A model generated the notes under the pieces. That model was not told the origin of the DNA, searched no databases, and was given only the letters and a program-made list of their open reading frames with translations. Below are positions 11,345 to 20,197 of a stretch of 64,000 bases of DNA, piece by piece. Both the position numbers and the translations under genes were made by a program. The stretch's first letter is position 1. Every line of letters begins with the position of its first letter. This DNA comes from an uncultured Acidobacteriota bacterium (GTDB taxonomy: Bacteria; Acidobacteriota; Vicinamibacteria; Vicinamibacterales; CAVVIG01): contig CAVRXZ010000009.1 of the NCBI GenBank assembly GCA_963725105.1, forward strand, positions 91,363-155,362, read 5' to 3'.

Positions 11345-11620
11345 CTACGCGCGGTCAGCGCCGTTCGCGGCGGCTTGTCTCGCATCGTCGATACCTTGCG
11401 ACACTGCCTTACGCGCTTGGTCGTACACTTCACGCCCGCGATCGGCGAATTCTCCGGCGGCCTCCGAAACGCGGCGATAGCTCTCTGACGCCGTGCTCGC
11501 CAAGTCGCCGGCCCGCTGGCCGAGCTCACTCCGGAGCTCCGCGCCCGCCTTGGGGGCGAAGAGCATCCCCAACCCGGCGCCGAGGGCTGCGCCGGCGAAG
11601 AACCTGACGCCTCCCTTTGT
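11345..11620 (-). CDS. YtxH-domain protein (start region damaged)
   Basis: FFAGAALGAGLGMLFAPKAGAELR signature followed by an Ala-rich coiled segment. Confidence 0.75.
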   Translation of the reverse strand, partial: TKGGVRFFAGAALGAGLGMLFAPKAGAELRSELGQRAGDLASTASESYRRVSEAAGEFADRGREVYDQARKAVSQGIDDARQAAANGADRA

Positions 11621-11769
11621 GACGGCACACTCGCTACGTCAGCCCCAGCGAGAGCAGAGTTCCGCAGATGAGTTTCATGTCCCTCTCCTCCTCCGGCTCG
11701 GTGAGGATGCCAGATCCATGCCGCTCACTCGGCGGGCTGGAGGCCCCTTCCTTGCAACGGGCTCCCGGC

Positions 11770-12927
11770 ATGAACACGGTATCAAGCTCAGCGGAGACCA
11801 GGCTCACGGCTATCCCGCGCGGCGAACCCCGGAACGCGGACGTCAACGCAGTTGTCGGCGGGTTGTTGCGGGATCTCGCCCTTGTACAAACTTCCCGGCA
11901 AAAGATGCTCGGTTACAAGCGAGCCGCCGCGGCCGTGCTGGCGCTCGAGCAGCCGCTCACTGAGCTCTTCGGGCGAGGAACTGGAGGACCGAAGATTCCC
12001 GGTATCGAACACGCTGCAATGCAGGTGATTTCAGAGGTTGTCGGCACTGGGACTTCGGACAGCGTCGAACAGGCCGTCGGACAAAGCGGGCTGACCGCCG
12101 ACATAGGACACCGCCGCTGGCTGCGCGGGCGCTTTCTCAGTCGTGCCGCTGTGCTCGGGGTTTTGGGCGATGACACCCTTCAAGGTCCGAGGTTCTCAGA
12201 TTATCGGGGAGACCTGCAGCTCCATTCCGAGTGGAGCGACGGTGAACCGAGCCTGGATGCGCTGGTCGAGGCCTGCATCGAGCGTCGCTACACGTTTGCC
12301 GCCGTGACGGATCACTCACACGGCATGAAGATCGCTGGCGGCCTGTCTATGCCGGAGGCCGCCGCGCAGCGCAGAGCGATTGACCATCTGAACGACATGT
12401 ATGAAACCCGGTTCAGATTGATTCGAGGAATCGAGGCCAATATCGCGAGCAGCGGAGGTCTGGACTTGTCCGCCCCCGAGGCGGCCCAATTCGAGCTAGT
12501 GCTGGCCGCTCCTCACTCCGGACTCCGCAACGGCGGTGATCAAACCGACCGACTCGTCGCGGCAATTCGCAACCCTCACGTCAATATCCTGGCACATCCA
12601 CGCGGCCGCATTTCCGGCACGCGGTCAGGCTTATCGGCCAACTGGGAGGCCGTCTTCTCCGAAGCTGCGCGACACGGCGTTGCCATCGAGATTGACGGCG
12701 ATCCGGCCCGACAGGATCTGGATTACTCATTGGCTGCGCGCGCGTTTGCCGCCGGCTGCGTGTTCGCACTCGACAGCGACGCACATACAACGTCCCAGCT
12801 CCGTTACGTCGAGACCGCGCTGGCGCACGCGCGGCTCGCCTCTATTCCTTCAGATCGCATAGTCAATTGCTGGCCGACCGAACAGCTGCTTGCCTGGCTG
12901 TCCGACCGGCGCTTAGCGGTCGCCTGA
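11770..12927 (+). CDS. PHP-domain protein with PolX-like N-terminal helical domain, lacking the polymerase core
   Basis: N-terminal YKRAA...KIPGI; PHP motifs GDLQLHSEWSDG, TDHS, GIEAN, AHPRGR and DSDAH. Confidence 0.8.
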   Translation: MNTVSSSAETRLTAIPRGEPRNADVNAVVGGLLRDLALVQTSRQKMLGYKRAAAAVLALEQPLTELFGRGTGGPKIPGIEHAAMQVISEVVGTGTSDSVEQAVGQSGLTADIGHRRWLRGRFLSRAAVLGVLGDDTLQGPRFSDYRGDLQLHSEWSDGEPSLDALVEACIERRYTFAAVTDHSHGMKIAGGLSMPEAAAQRRAIDHLNDMYETRFRLIRGIEANIASSGGLDLSAPEAAQFELVLAAPHSGLRNGGDQTDRLVAAIRNPHVNILAHPRGRISGTRSGLSANWEAVFSEAARHGVAIEIDGDPARQDLDYSLAARAFAAGCVFALDSDAHTTSQLRYVETALAHARLASIPSDRIVNCWPTEQLLAWLSDRRLAVA

Positions 12928-12959
12928 TCGTCGACCGACGAAGCGGTCTCAGGCGGGAG

Positions 12960-13744
12960 GCGATCGCCAGCGTGCGCGTTGAAAACCTGGCGTGTTCGAT
13001 GTTCGGCGGCGGTGCCAATGCTGATGGTGCTCCTGCTCTGCGGGACCGGTCTGACGGCGTTCGAACTGCAGGGCGAAGCCGTAGCGTTCGTCAATCGTTT
13101 GCCTTCGGCCGCCCATACGGCGGCGCGGGCAATTCACCAGGCATGGGACACACCGGGGACGATGGCAAGCTCCAGGAGGCCGCGCGCGAGCTCGAGAACG
13201 CAGCAAGGGGCACGAACCGTACACGAACAAACGATGGCGTGGCATCTGTGCGCGTCGAGGAGCCGACGTTCAAATGGTCCGACTGGCTGCTTAGTGGATC
13301 CCTCAACATCGCGCAGTTCGGAACGCAGATCTTTGCGGTCGTTTGCCTTACGTTCTACCTGCTCAGTGCAGGGGACCTGTACAGGCGCAAGCTGGTTCAT
13401 CTCGTACCGACGATCACAAGCAAGAAGATTACCGTCGAGATCCTCGGGGAGATCGACCGCCAGATCGAGCTGTACTCCTCGCGCGCGTCGCGATCAGCGG
13501 GATCACGGGAGTAGCGGTCTGGGTGGTGGCGGCATCGGTTGCGGCGTTCGTTCAATTTGGTTCGCTTGCGGTGGCCGCCCTGGTCACAGCGGTCACCATC
13601 GCTATGGGGGCCGTGGAAGGCAACCTGCTCACCCCGTGGCTTATGAGCCCGGGCCGGCAGGATGAACGCCGTGGCCGTCTTTGTGAGCCTGTTGTTCTGG
13701 GGATGGCTCTGGGGTGCGTGGGCGCCGAGCTGCTGAAGGAATGA
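12960..13744 (+). pseudogene. AI-2E family transporter remnant
   Basis: Pieces in several frames: LTFYLLSAGDLYRRKLV, EIDRQIE, EGNLLTPWLM and MNAVAVFVSLLFWGWLWG. Shorter than an intact member, so internal deletions are likely. Confidence 0.7.
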
Positions 13745-13801
13745 GCTTTACGTCACACGGTGACAACGAACGGTGATGCAAGTCACCCGATCACACGCCC
13801 A

Positions 13802-15211
13802 TCATGACGGTCCAGGAATAGCGCGTGGCGATGTCTCCTTCAATTCCCCAATCTTGTACGCGCCCAGCCTGTTGTACAGCGTCTTCAAACTGACGCCGAG
13901 AAGCTCCGCCGCTTTGGTCTTGTTGCTGTCGCAGTGCCGAAGCGTGGCCATGATCAGCTGTCGCTCCGCTTCGGCGATCGGTGTGCCCACCTTCACGGTG
14001 ACATGAACGCCCGCGTCCTCCTCGTGAGCCGGACCAGCCTGCGTGTGCATTTCGGCCGGGAGACTGTCGACGTCAATCACACTTCCGGCGAGGATGTAGG
14101 CCGAATGCACGACGTTTCGCAATTCCCGGACGTTGCCCGGCCAGGCGTACGCAACCATCTGCCTGAGTGCCCCTTCGCTGAACTGTTTTCGTGCCCCCTC
14201 TCCTTTCATCAGTTCGTCGAGGAACCAGTGAGCCAGCGGCGGCACGTCATCCGGGCGGTCACGTAACGCCGGAAGGCTGAGCTGAAAGACCTTCAGGCGA
14301 TAAAAGAGATCCTCGCGAAGCTTGCCCTTTTCAAGCGCGTCTTGAATATTCCGATTCGACGCCGCGATGATGCGAACGTCCACGGTCAGCGGCTCCTCTC
14401 CACCGACGCGTGTGAAAGAGCCTGACTCGAGAACCCGCAGAAGCTTTGCCTGGAGCTCGATCGGCATTTCCGTGATTTCGTCCAGGAAAAGCGTGCCGCG
14501 GGATGCACGCTCGAAATAGCCTTTATGCCGCCGATCAGCCCCGGTGAAACTGCCGCGCTCATGACCGAACAACTCGCTCTCAATCAGTGTCGGTGAAATG
14601 GCGCCACAGTTCACCGGAACGTACGGGCCATGCCTGCGGCGGCTGAGCTGATGAATCGTTTCCGCCATGACATCCTTGCCCGTTCCGCTTTCTCCGGAGA
14701 TGAGGACGCTCGCACTGCTCGGTGCAATGCGCGCGATGAGTTCGCAGACGCTCTGGATGGCGGCGGACTGACCGACGATCGTGCCGAACCGTCCGGACCG
14801 CGCCTGCTCGACACGGAGGTTGCTGATCTCACCGGGCAGGCTACAGGTTTTGGCGATGTCTCCCAGAATCTGGCGCAGCCTCTCGATATCCAGCGGCTTC
14901 GTCAGGTAGTCCGTGACGCCGCGGCGAAGCGCTTCCACCGCGGTATCGATGCTTGCATGACCGGTAATCAAGACGACGGCCGGGCCCGCGACGTCGTCGA
15001 TCGCGTCAAGCAGCGTCATCCCGTTGCCATCGGGAAGCTTCAGGTCAATCAACACCACATCCGGCTTCTGTTTGCCGAGCTCGAGCCGCGCCCCCTCAAT
15101 GGTCGGAGCTACAGAGACGGTGAAACCCTCCGCCCGGACGAGTTCCGAAAGGGCGTCAAGCGTGCCTGCGTTGTCGTCGACAAGTAGGGCGTGCGGCATA
15201 TGAGTACTCAA
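13802..15211 (-). CDS. Sigma54-dependent response regulator (NtrC family: REC-AAA+-HTH)
   Basis: LVDD receiver with DLKLPD, GESGTGK, ESELFGHERGSFTGA, LFLDEI, WPGNVREL and a Fis HTH. Confidence 0.95.
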   Translation of the reverse strand: MSTHMPHALLVDDNAGTLDALSELVRAEGFTVSVAPTIEGARLELGKQKPDVVLIDLKLPDGNGMTLLDAIDDVAGPAVVLITGHASIDTAVEALRRGVTDYLTKPLDIERLRQILGDIAKTCSLPGEISNLRVEQARSGRFGTIVGQSAAIQSVCELIARIAPSSASVLISGESGTGKDVMAETIHQLSRRRHGPYVPVNCGAISPTLIESELFGHERGSFTGADRRHKGYFERASRGTLFLDEITEMPIELQAKLLRVLESGSFTRVGGEEPLTVDVRIIAASNRNIQDALEKGKLREDLFYRLKVFQLSLPALRDRPDDVPPLAHWFLDELMKGEGARKQFSEGALRQMVAYAWPGNVRELRNVVHSAYILAGSVIDVDSLPAEMHTQAGPAHEEDAGVHVTVKVGTPIAEAERQLIMATLRHCDSNKTKAAELLGVSLKTLYNRLGAYKIGELKETSPRAIPGPS

Positions 15212-16047
15212 TGGTGAAGTGAAGCTAGGTGAACGACGAAGCAGCTCCCCCCCGACGGATTTGGTTCGTAACGTATGGTTCCATCGTGCGATTCGACGAC
15301 AGATCGAGCGACATGGAGACCGAGTCCGGCCCTATCTGTTTTCGTCGTGTAACCCGGCGCCCAGATAGCCGCCGCTGCGTTGCCGGGAATCCCCGGTCCA
15401 GTGTCCCGCACCTCGATCTGCACACCACGAATCTGGCTTAACACCAAGTCGAGCCTGCCACCCTTCGGCATCGCATCGAGCGCATTGATCATGAGACTCA
15501 AGATGGCTCCGTGAAGCCGATCCGGATGACCGTGCGTCCGAAGAACGCCCGTGCTGGTGAGAGCGATTGTGACGCGTTGTCGAGACGCCCGCGGGCCAAT
15601 CAACTCAACGAGCATCTTGACGACCTCCGTCATGTCGACGACCTGGGGCGCAGTCTGTGCCACCATTCGGCCGCTCAAGAGCACCTCGAGCTGGCGGTCC
15701 AGCCGCCGCAGCTCTCGACGGACGGTGTCCGCGGAACGCTTGGCCGTGAGATGCCCGGACGTCTGCGTGCTGCGTTCAGCGGCGCGAGCCAGTAGTTCGA
15801 CGTTCATGGCGATGACATTCAACACATCTCGCAGGTCGTGTGCGGCATCCTGCATCAAGGACATGATTGATTGATCCCGCATCGCGGAAAAAAGCGAGCG
15901 ACTCGAGATCTCGGACTGATTGACCCGGACCGCTGGAACTTCGGTGCGACTCCGATCTTTGACTGACAACAAAACGTCCTGGGAAATGGCACTGTGCGTG
16001 CCAAGGGGTAAAAGCTCGGGTCGGTCCGCGTATCCCATTGAGGCCAA
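15208..16047 (-). CDS. Cytoplasmic histidine kinase without an evident sensor domain
   Basis: AHDLRD H-box, INALDA, DTGPGI, TTK and GLGL. Overlaps the start of the regulator. Confidence 0.8.
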   Translation of the reverse strand: MASMGYADRPELLPLGTHSAISQDVLLSVKDRSRTEVPAVRVNQSEISSRSLFSAMRDQSIMSLMQDAAHDLRDVLNVIAMNVELLARAAERSTQTSGHLTAKRSADTVRRELRRLDRQLEVLLSGRMVAQTAPQVVDMTEVVKMLVELIGPRASRQRVTIALTSTGVLRTHGHPDRLHGAILSLMINALDAMPKGGRLDLVLSQIRGVQIEVRDTGPGIPGNAAAAIWAPGYTTKTDRAGLGLHVARSVVESHDGTIRYEPNPSGGSCFVVHLASLHH

Positions 16048-16112
16048 GTAGATTGTGGGTCATACCCAAAATCCGCTGCCGCTGAGCGGCCCAGGGAGCC
16101 TTCGGACACCGT

Positions 16113-16162
16113 TGTAAGAATTACACTGAGCATCGCGCGTGGCGGGCGGACCGCAGATTGCA
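16113..16162 (+). promoter_or_regulatory. Palindrome (candidate enhancer) plus weak sigma54-type promoter
   Basis: TGTAA-GAA-TTACA at 16113-16125 and CGGACC-GCAGA-TTGCA (GG-N10-GC) at 16147-16162. Confidence 0.45.
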
Positions 16163-16222
16163 CTGGAAACGGGCAATCGCCACTTTCTGGAGTCCGCAGA
16201 CTCGGTGGCAGAGGGATCGGAT

Positions 16223-16579
16223 GTGCGAATCCTCGGAGTCGAAGACGACCCCCTAGCCAGACAGGCGTTGCGCTGGATTCTTGAGCAGGATGGCCACCGA
16301 GTTCTCATGGCGGGGAACGGAACCGCAGCCGTCGGCCTGATGGCTGCGTTCGATCCAGACGTCATCATCATGGACTGGCGGGTGCCCGGACTGTCTGGAA
16401 AACAGCTGTGTCGCGAAATCCGACGCCAGAAGCCGGGCATCCCGACGATCATCGTTTCATCGGCAGCCGAGGCGTTCAGTTGCCAGATTGATGTCTCCGC
16501 AAGACTTCGCAAGCCACTCGATGTCGGACGCCTTCGCGAGATCCTTGCAGACCCTGAAACTTTGTCTCTTCGTTTGTAA
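16223..16579 (+). CDS. Single-domain response regulator
   Basis: ILGVEDD, DVIIMDWRVPG, VSS and KP receiver motifs. GAGGGA precedes GTG 16223. Confidence 0.85.
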   Translation: MRILGVEDDPLARQALRWILEQDGHRVLMAGNGTAAVGLMAAFDPDVIIMDWRVPGLSGKQLCREIRRQKPGIPTIIVSSAAEAFSCQIDVSARLRKPLDVGRLREILADPETLSLRL

Positions 16580-16670
16580 GAACGCGCAGCGTGTGGCCAC
16601 CACTGGCATCCCAGCCAGCCGGCCCGACACCCTCTGCCAGGAAACTGCGCTCGAGAATGGTCTCATTCGG

Positions 16671-16686
16671 TGGCACCCGACTTGCT
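16671..16686 (+). promoter_or_regulatory. Sigma54 -24/-12 promoter
   Basis: TGGCAC-CCGAC-TTGCT, an exact match to TGGCAC-N5-TTGCW. Confidence 0.8.
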
Positions 16687-16696
16687 CAATCAGATG

Positions 16697-16790
16697 GCAG
16701 CTCTCCGTGATTCCGCATCCGCGGAATCAGCATGCTTTCCCACCACACGGTCGGGAGGCTCCAATGCCTCCCGACTCGCCCTTTCATTTC
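16697..16790 (+). ncRNA. Candidate sigma54-dependent small RNA (~90 nt)
   Basis: Begins ~12 nt after the -12 box. 9-bp stem TGATTCCGC/GCGGAATCA (16708-16729), C-rich linker, then 10-bp stem GTCGGGAGGC/GCCTCCCGAC (16750-16775) followed by CTTTCATTT. Confidence 0.5.
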
Positions 16791-16810
16791 GATCCGCACG
16801 CGCCGGATGT

Positions 16811-16826
16811 TGGCGTGTGCTTTGCG
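16811..16826 (+). promoter_or_regulatory. Sigma54 -24/-12 promoter for the BON gene
   Basis: TGGCGT-GTGCT-TTGCG. Confidence 0.65.
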
Positions 16827-16902
16827 AGAGTGCTTATGCCACGAGATGACACGAGTTCAACCTGACCCGATGAAGCGAAACCAATCACTCTAAGAGGTGA
16901 AC

Positions 16903-17553
16903 ATGAAGAATCAGATTCGCACGACCATGATGGCGATGCTCATCCTCGGGGGCGTCTCGGCGTTCGGCATTCCAGCTGGCGTCGCGAAGGCGGCCCAGGA
17001 TCACAAGACGGAAAAACAACTGAGCGATCAGATTGAAGATCGCTTCGAAGGCGACTCGACGCTGAAGAATCACAACCTCAAGGCTAGCGTGGACGGGACT
17101 GTCGCCACTCTTACGGGAACAGTCGAGACGACCACGCAGAAGGATCGAGCTGGGCGGCTCGCACGCGTGGTCGGAATTACCAGCGTCGAGAACCTCATCG
17201 TCTTGGGTCCGATACAAAAAGGCGTCGCACAGAAGACCGAGGACAAGGTTAAGGAGGGCATCGAAAAAGGCGTCGCCGCGACTGGAAAGGGCCTAGAGAA
17301 GACGGGAGAAGCGCTGTCCAAGGCCGGTGACGAGGTGGCGGACGCGACGATCCTGAGTGCGGTGAAAGGCCGCTTCATGGATGAAGATCTCCTGAAGGGT
17401 AGCGATATCAACGTCGATTGCGATCAACACATCGTGACGCTGAAGGGTACGGTCGCTTCGCAGGCCGGACGCGACCGGGCCGTCGAACTGGCGCGCGGCA
17501 CCAAGGGCGTGCAGAAGGTGGTCGATAGGTTGGTCATCGCGCCGAAGCAGTAG
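16903..17553 (+). CDS. Dual BON-domain exported protein (OsmY-like)
   Basis: Signal peptide; two BON repeats (VATLTGTV..GITSVENL and IVTLKGTV..GVQKVVDRL); AGAGG RBS. Confidence 0.9.
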   Translation: MKNQIRTTMMAMLILGGVSAFGIPAGVAKAAQDHKTEKQLSDQIEDRFEGDSTLKNHNLKASVDGTVATLTGTVETTTQKDRAGRLARVVGITSVENLIVLGPIQKGVAQKTEDKVKEGIEKGVAATGKGLEKTGEALSKAGDEVADATILSAVKGRFMDEDLLKGSDINVDCDQHIVTLKGTVASQAGRDRAVELARGTKGVQKVVDRLVIAPKQ

Positions 17554-17573
17554 AGTTAGAGGGTAGGAGGGCC

Positions 17574-17604
17574 GACTCGCGGGCGGTACGTCCGCCCGCG
17601 AGTC
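17574..17604. terminator. Strong hairpin between convergent genes
   Basis: Perfect 13-bp stem GACTCGCGGGCGG/CCGCCCGCGAGTC with a 5-nt loop; no clear U tract. Confidence 0.6.
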
Positions 17605-17619
17605 CGGGCCAAGTCAGAT

Positions 17620-17844
17620 TCAGCGTCCTCTCACCGAATCCGCTCGCTTGTCGTCACTCAGCCAGCTATCGACCTGGCGTTCTGCTTCTGCCCGCGCGAT
17701 CCCGTAGCGTTCCTGAACCCTTCCGACGAGCTGCTCGGAAATCCCCGCAATCTGATCGACATCGTCATCTGTCAGCTCGCCCCATCGCTGGCGTACTTTG
17801 CCCTTTAGCTGTTTCCATTGCCCTTTTAACGTGTCTGCATTCAT
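17620..17844 (-). CDS. csbD: CsbD family general stress protein
   Basis: MNADTLKGQWKQLKGKVRQRWGELTDDD..QERYG; AAGGAGG RBS. Confidence 0.93.
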   Translation of the reverse strand: MNADTLKGQWKQLKGKVRQRWGELTDDDVDQIAGISEQLVGRVQERYGIARAEAERQVDSWLSDDKRADSVRGR

Positions 17845-17894
17845 CGGAACCTCCTTGGTGTCTTGGTAGCCAGACGCCGACATCGGAGGTTCGA

Positions 17895-17910
17895 AGCAAG
17901 CACGAAGCCA
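17895..17910 (-). promoter_or_regulatory. Sigma54 -24/-12 promoter for csbD
   Basis: Minus strand TGGCTT-CGTGC-TTGCT. Confidence 0.65.
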
Positions 17911-17989
17911 TCACGAGAGTTGGAAGGACGGGCGAGTGTCATGGTTCTTGCACCACCTTCGGTCTGCATGACTCGCATGGAGGTGCGCC

Positions 17990-18532
17990 ATGACATTCCG
18001 TAGAGCTGCAGCTTGGCTGACCAGCCTTTTGGCCGTCTTCGCGCTCGGCATCTTTGTCAGTCCGTACGTGACGAATCGGGTCGGCAACTCTCCGGCCGAC
18101 TCGACGTCCGTCCGGGGGGTCGCTGATCAACCAACAGCGTCGCCAGAGGTGAGCCACCAGCGACCTACAGTGACGCTCGTACGCGTCCCTCCCGCAACTC
18201 GCGCATTGAATCGCAAGGGCGTGATGTCGTTTACGCCTGAGTTAGAGGAGCGTCTGCAATCGATTCTGAATCGTGGCGCAGACATCGCGGTCGCGTCGGA
18301 CGGTTTCCGCGATCCCGAGCAGTTCGCCGAGGTGGCGCACGCGGCCCGCAACACCAACGTACCGTTTATGGTGCTCAGACATGCCGTCGTGGACCAACGA
18401 CAGAGCCTGACGGCCGCGATTCACACGTTCAAGCCTGACACCGATGCGGCCGCTCAGGCCGATCTGGCGCGCGCCCAGGCGAGGGCAGATATCGCGTCGG
18501 CGCAGTTGGCCTTCGCAACAGGTGCCGAGTAG
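17990..18532 (+). CDS. Hypothetical membrane-anchored or exported protein
   Basis: GGAGG RBS, N-terminal hydrophobic helix, low-complexity linker, and a helical domain with FAEVAHAARNTNVPFMVL. Confidence 0.6.
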   Translation: MTFRRAAAWLTSLLAVFALGIFVSPYVTNRVGNSPADSTSVRGVADQPTASPEVSHQRPTVTLVRVPPATRALNRKGVMSFTPELEERLQSILNRGADIAVASDGFRDPEQFAEVAHAARNTNVPFMVLRHAVVDQRQSLTAAIHTFKPDTDAAAQADLARAQARADIASAQLAFATGAE

Positions 18533-18582
18533 CTGTGTTGCCGCCTGGTGCCTGGCGGATGTAAGGGTTTCGATGCCGATCG

Positions 18583-20139
18583 CTAGCGCGGCGGCTCGCG
18601 CCGCCGCGCCGCTTCCGTGTATACGCGCGTCTTGAGTCGCCAGCCCTGCGGCGTCTTTGCGTACTCGTCGTCGTATCGACCGACTGCGAAAATCGAGTGC
18701 GGCTGACCTTGCTGGCCCGGCACGATGTCGACGACGGCTACGTATTCCCTGCCGATCGCGCCAGTTGCGGTGGGCTCGATGAGATGGTTGAAGATGAAAT
18801 GGTGTGTGTAATTCGGAGCATGCCGCTCTTCAGTATTCACCATCTTGGACAGCGCCTCGTGCCCACGCGCTCTCGGACGGACCTCTGCGACGGATTGACC
18901 TTTAAACTTCTCACAGCCTGGGGGCTCATCAGGCAGAACACATCCGAACGTGCCGTCTGGCGTAAAGAGATTCGCGTACGATTGCCCGTTGTCATTGTTC
19001 ATGTCGAGCGTGTATGGATAGTTCGCGACCAACTGCTGGAGCTCGACGTAGTCCTCCGCGCTCAGCGACGATCGCTTCGCGACTTCGGCGTTGATGTCTG
19101 TAGCGCCGGCTAGCGTGCGCAGCGGCGGAAGTGGCGCGGGGACTTGCACATCGGGTTCGCCCCACTTGGACTCATAGTACGCGCGCTTCCTGATGCGCCA
19201 GCCGCCAGGGGTCTTCACGTATTCGTCGTCATAGAAGCCGCCGTGCCCTGCACTCGGCGAGCTTCCGGGCTCCCCGAGATCGACGATCCCGACGTACACC
19301 CTGCCGTGCGCGCCACCAGGCGTCGGCGTCACGACGACGTTGGTCACAAGGTGGCTGACGAACAACGGTCCTCGTCGGCCGCCGCGAGCAAGCGCGGCCA
19401 GATTGTCACGGCCCTGATACGTACGGCCGGTCGGCCCCTGATTGGTGCCGGTGAACGTTCCGTCCAGGGCGTACAGGTCGGCGTAGGCGTAGCCGTTGCT
19501 CTCACCACTGTCGAGTGCCCAGCCGTACTTGAAAATCAGTTGTTCGATTTCGAGGTAGTCGAGGGCAGCCAGCCGCGCTGCTGCTGCTGAAGGCGCGACA
19601 GGTTGTGCCGTGTGCGGCGTCGCATCCGTGGTCGTGCTCGCCGCAGGTGACGCGGCTTCGGACCGAATGAATCGGCGAGTCTTGAACCGCCACCCATTGG
19701 ATGTCCTGACGTACGCGTCCTCATAGTGCCCGCCGCCCCACACGATATTCGACTGACCGGGTTCACCGTACCGCAGGTGCAGCAGGTACTCCTGGCCTCG
19801 CGCGCCATCTTCCGTCGGTTCAATCACGTGGTTGACGATGAAGTGCCAGGCAGTCTGAGGGCCTCGTGCGGTCTTTTTGGCCAGCGCGGCCAAATCGTCC
19901 CGGCCGCGCGTTTCTCCGAACGTGCCATCTGGCGCAAACAGATCTGCATAGGCGTAGCCGTTGTCAGCGCCCTGATCGACAGCGTGCGCGTAACGCGCGG
20001 CAAGCTGACGAATTTCGACATAGTCGAGCGGCGTCAGAGCCACGATCTTTCCCGATCCGGTGCCCGCCTGTTGTTCCCCGTGAGCGACCGCGAGTAACAG
20101 GATGCCGAGGCCGAGCACAGCAAGCAGGAAGCGTCTCAT
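18583..20139 (-). CDS. Secreted protein with three tandem SnoaL/NTF2-like domains
   Basis: Three repeats of DY.EI.QL..Y...D..NG..YA.LF..DGTF ... H..N.I.P ... G.Y.D.Y.KT..GWR.K.R. Confidence 0.85.
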   Translation of the reverse strand: MRRFLLAVLGLGILLLAVAHGEQQAGTGSGKIVALTPLDYVEIRQLAARYAHAVDQGADNGYAYADLFAPDGTFGETRGRDDLAALAKKTARGPQTAWHFIVNHVIEPTEDGARGQEYLLHLRYGEPGQSNIVWGGGHYEDAYVRTSNGWRFKTRRFIRSEAASPAASTTTDATPHTAQPVAPSAAAARLAALDYLEIEQLIFKYGWALDSGESNGYAYADLYALDGTFTGTNQGPTGRTYQGRDNLAALARGGRRGPLFVSHLVTNVVVTPTPGGAHGRVYVGIVDLGEPGSSPSAGHGGFYDDEYVKTPGGWRIRKRAYYESKWGEPDVQVPAPLPPLRTLAGATDINAEVAKRSSLSAEDYVELQQLVANYPYTLDMNNDNGQSYANLFTPDGTFGCVLPDEPPGCEKFKGQSVAEVRPRARGHEALSKMVNTEERHAPNYTHHFIFNHLIEPTATGAIGREYVAVVDIVPGQQGQPHSIFAVGRYDDEYAKTPQGWRLKTRVYTEAARRREPPR

Positions 20140-20197
20140 GGCCAAGCCCTCCGGCATGGATATAGATATTGATCAGGGGCTGATCGATTCGACCCCG

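Noticed and set aside
16764-16865. 33-aa ORF MPPDSPFHF.. with GGGAGG RBS
   Set aside because: The RBS and start lie within the second hairpin, and the ORF runs over the next sigma54 promoter with no protein-like features. It is better explained as RNA structure, though a leader peptide cannot be excluded.
17937-17952. Possible sigma54 promoter TGTCAT-GGTTC-TTGCA for gene 17990
   Set aside because: It lacks the invariant GG at -24.
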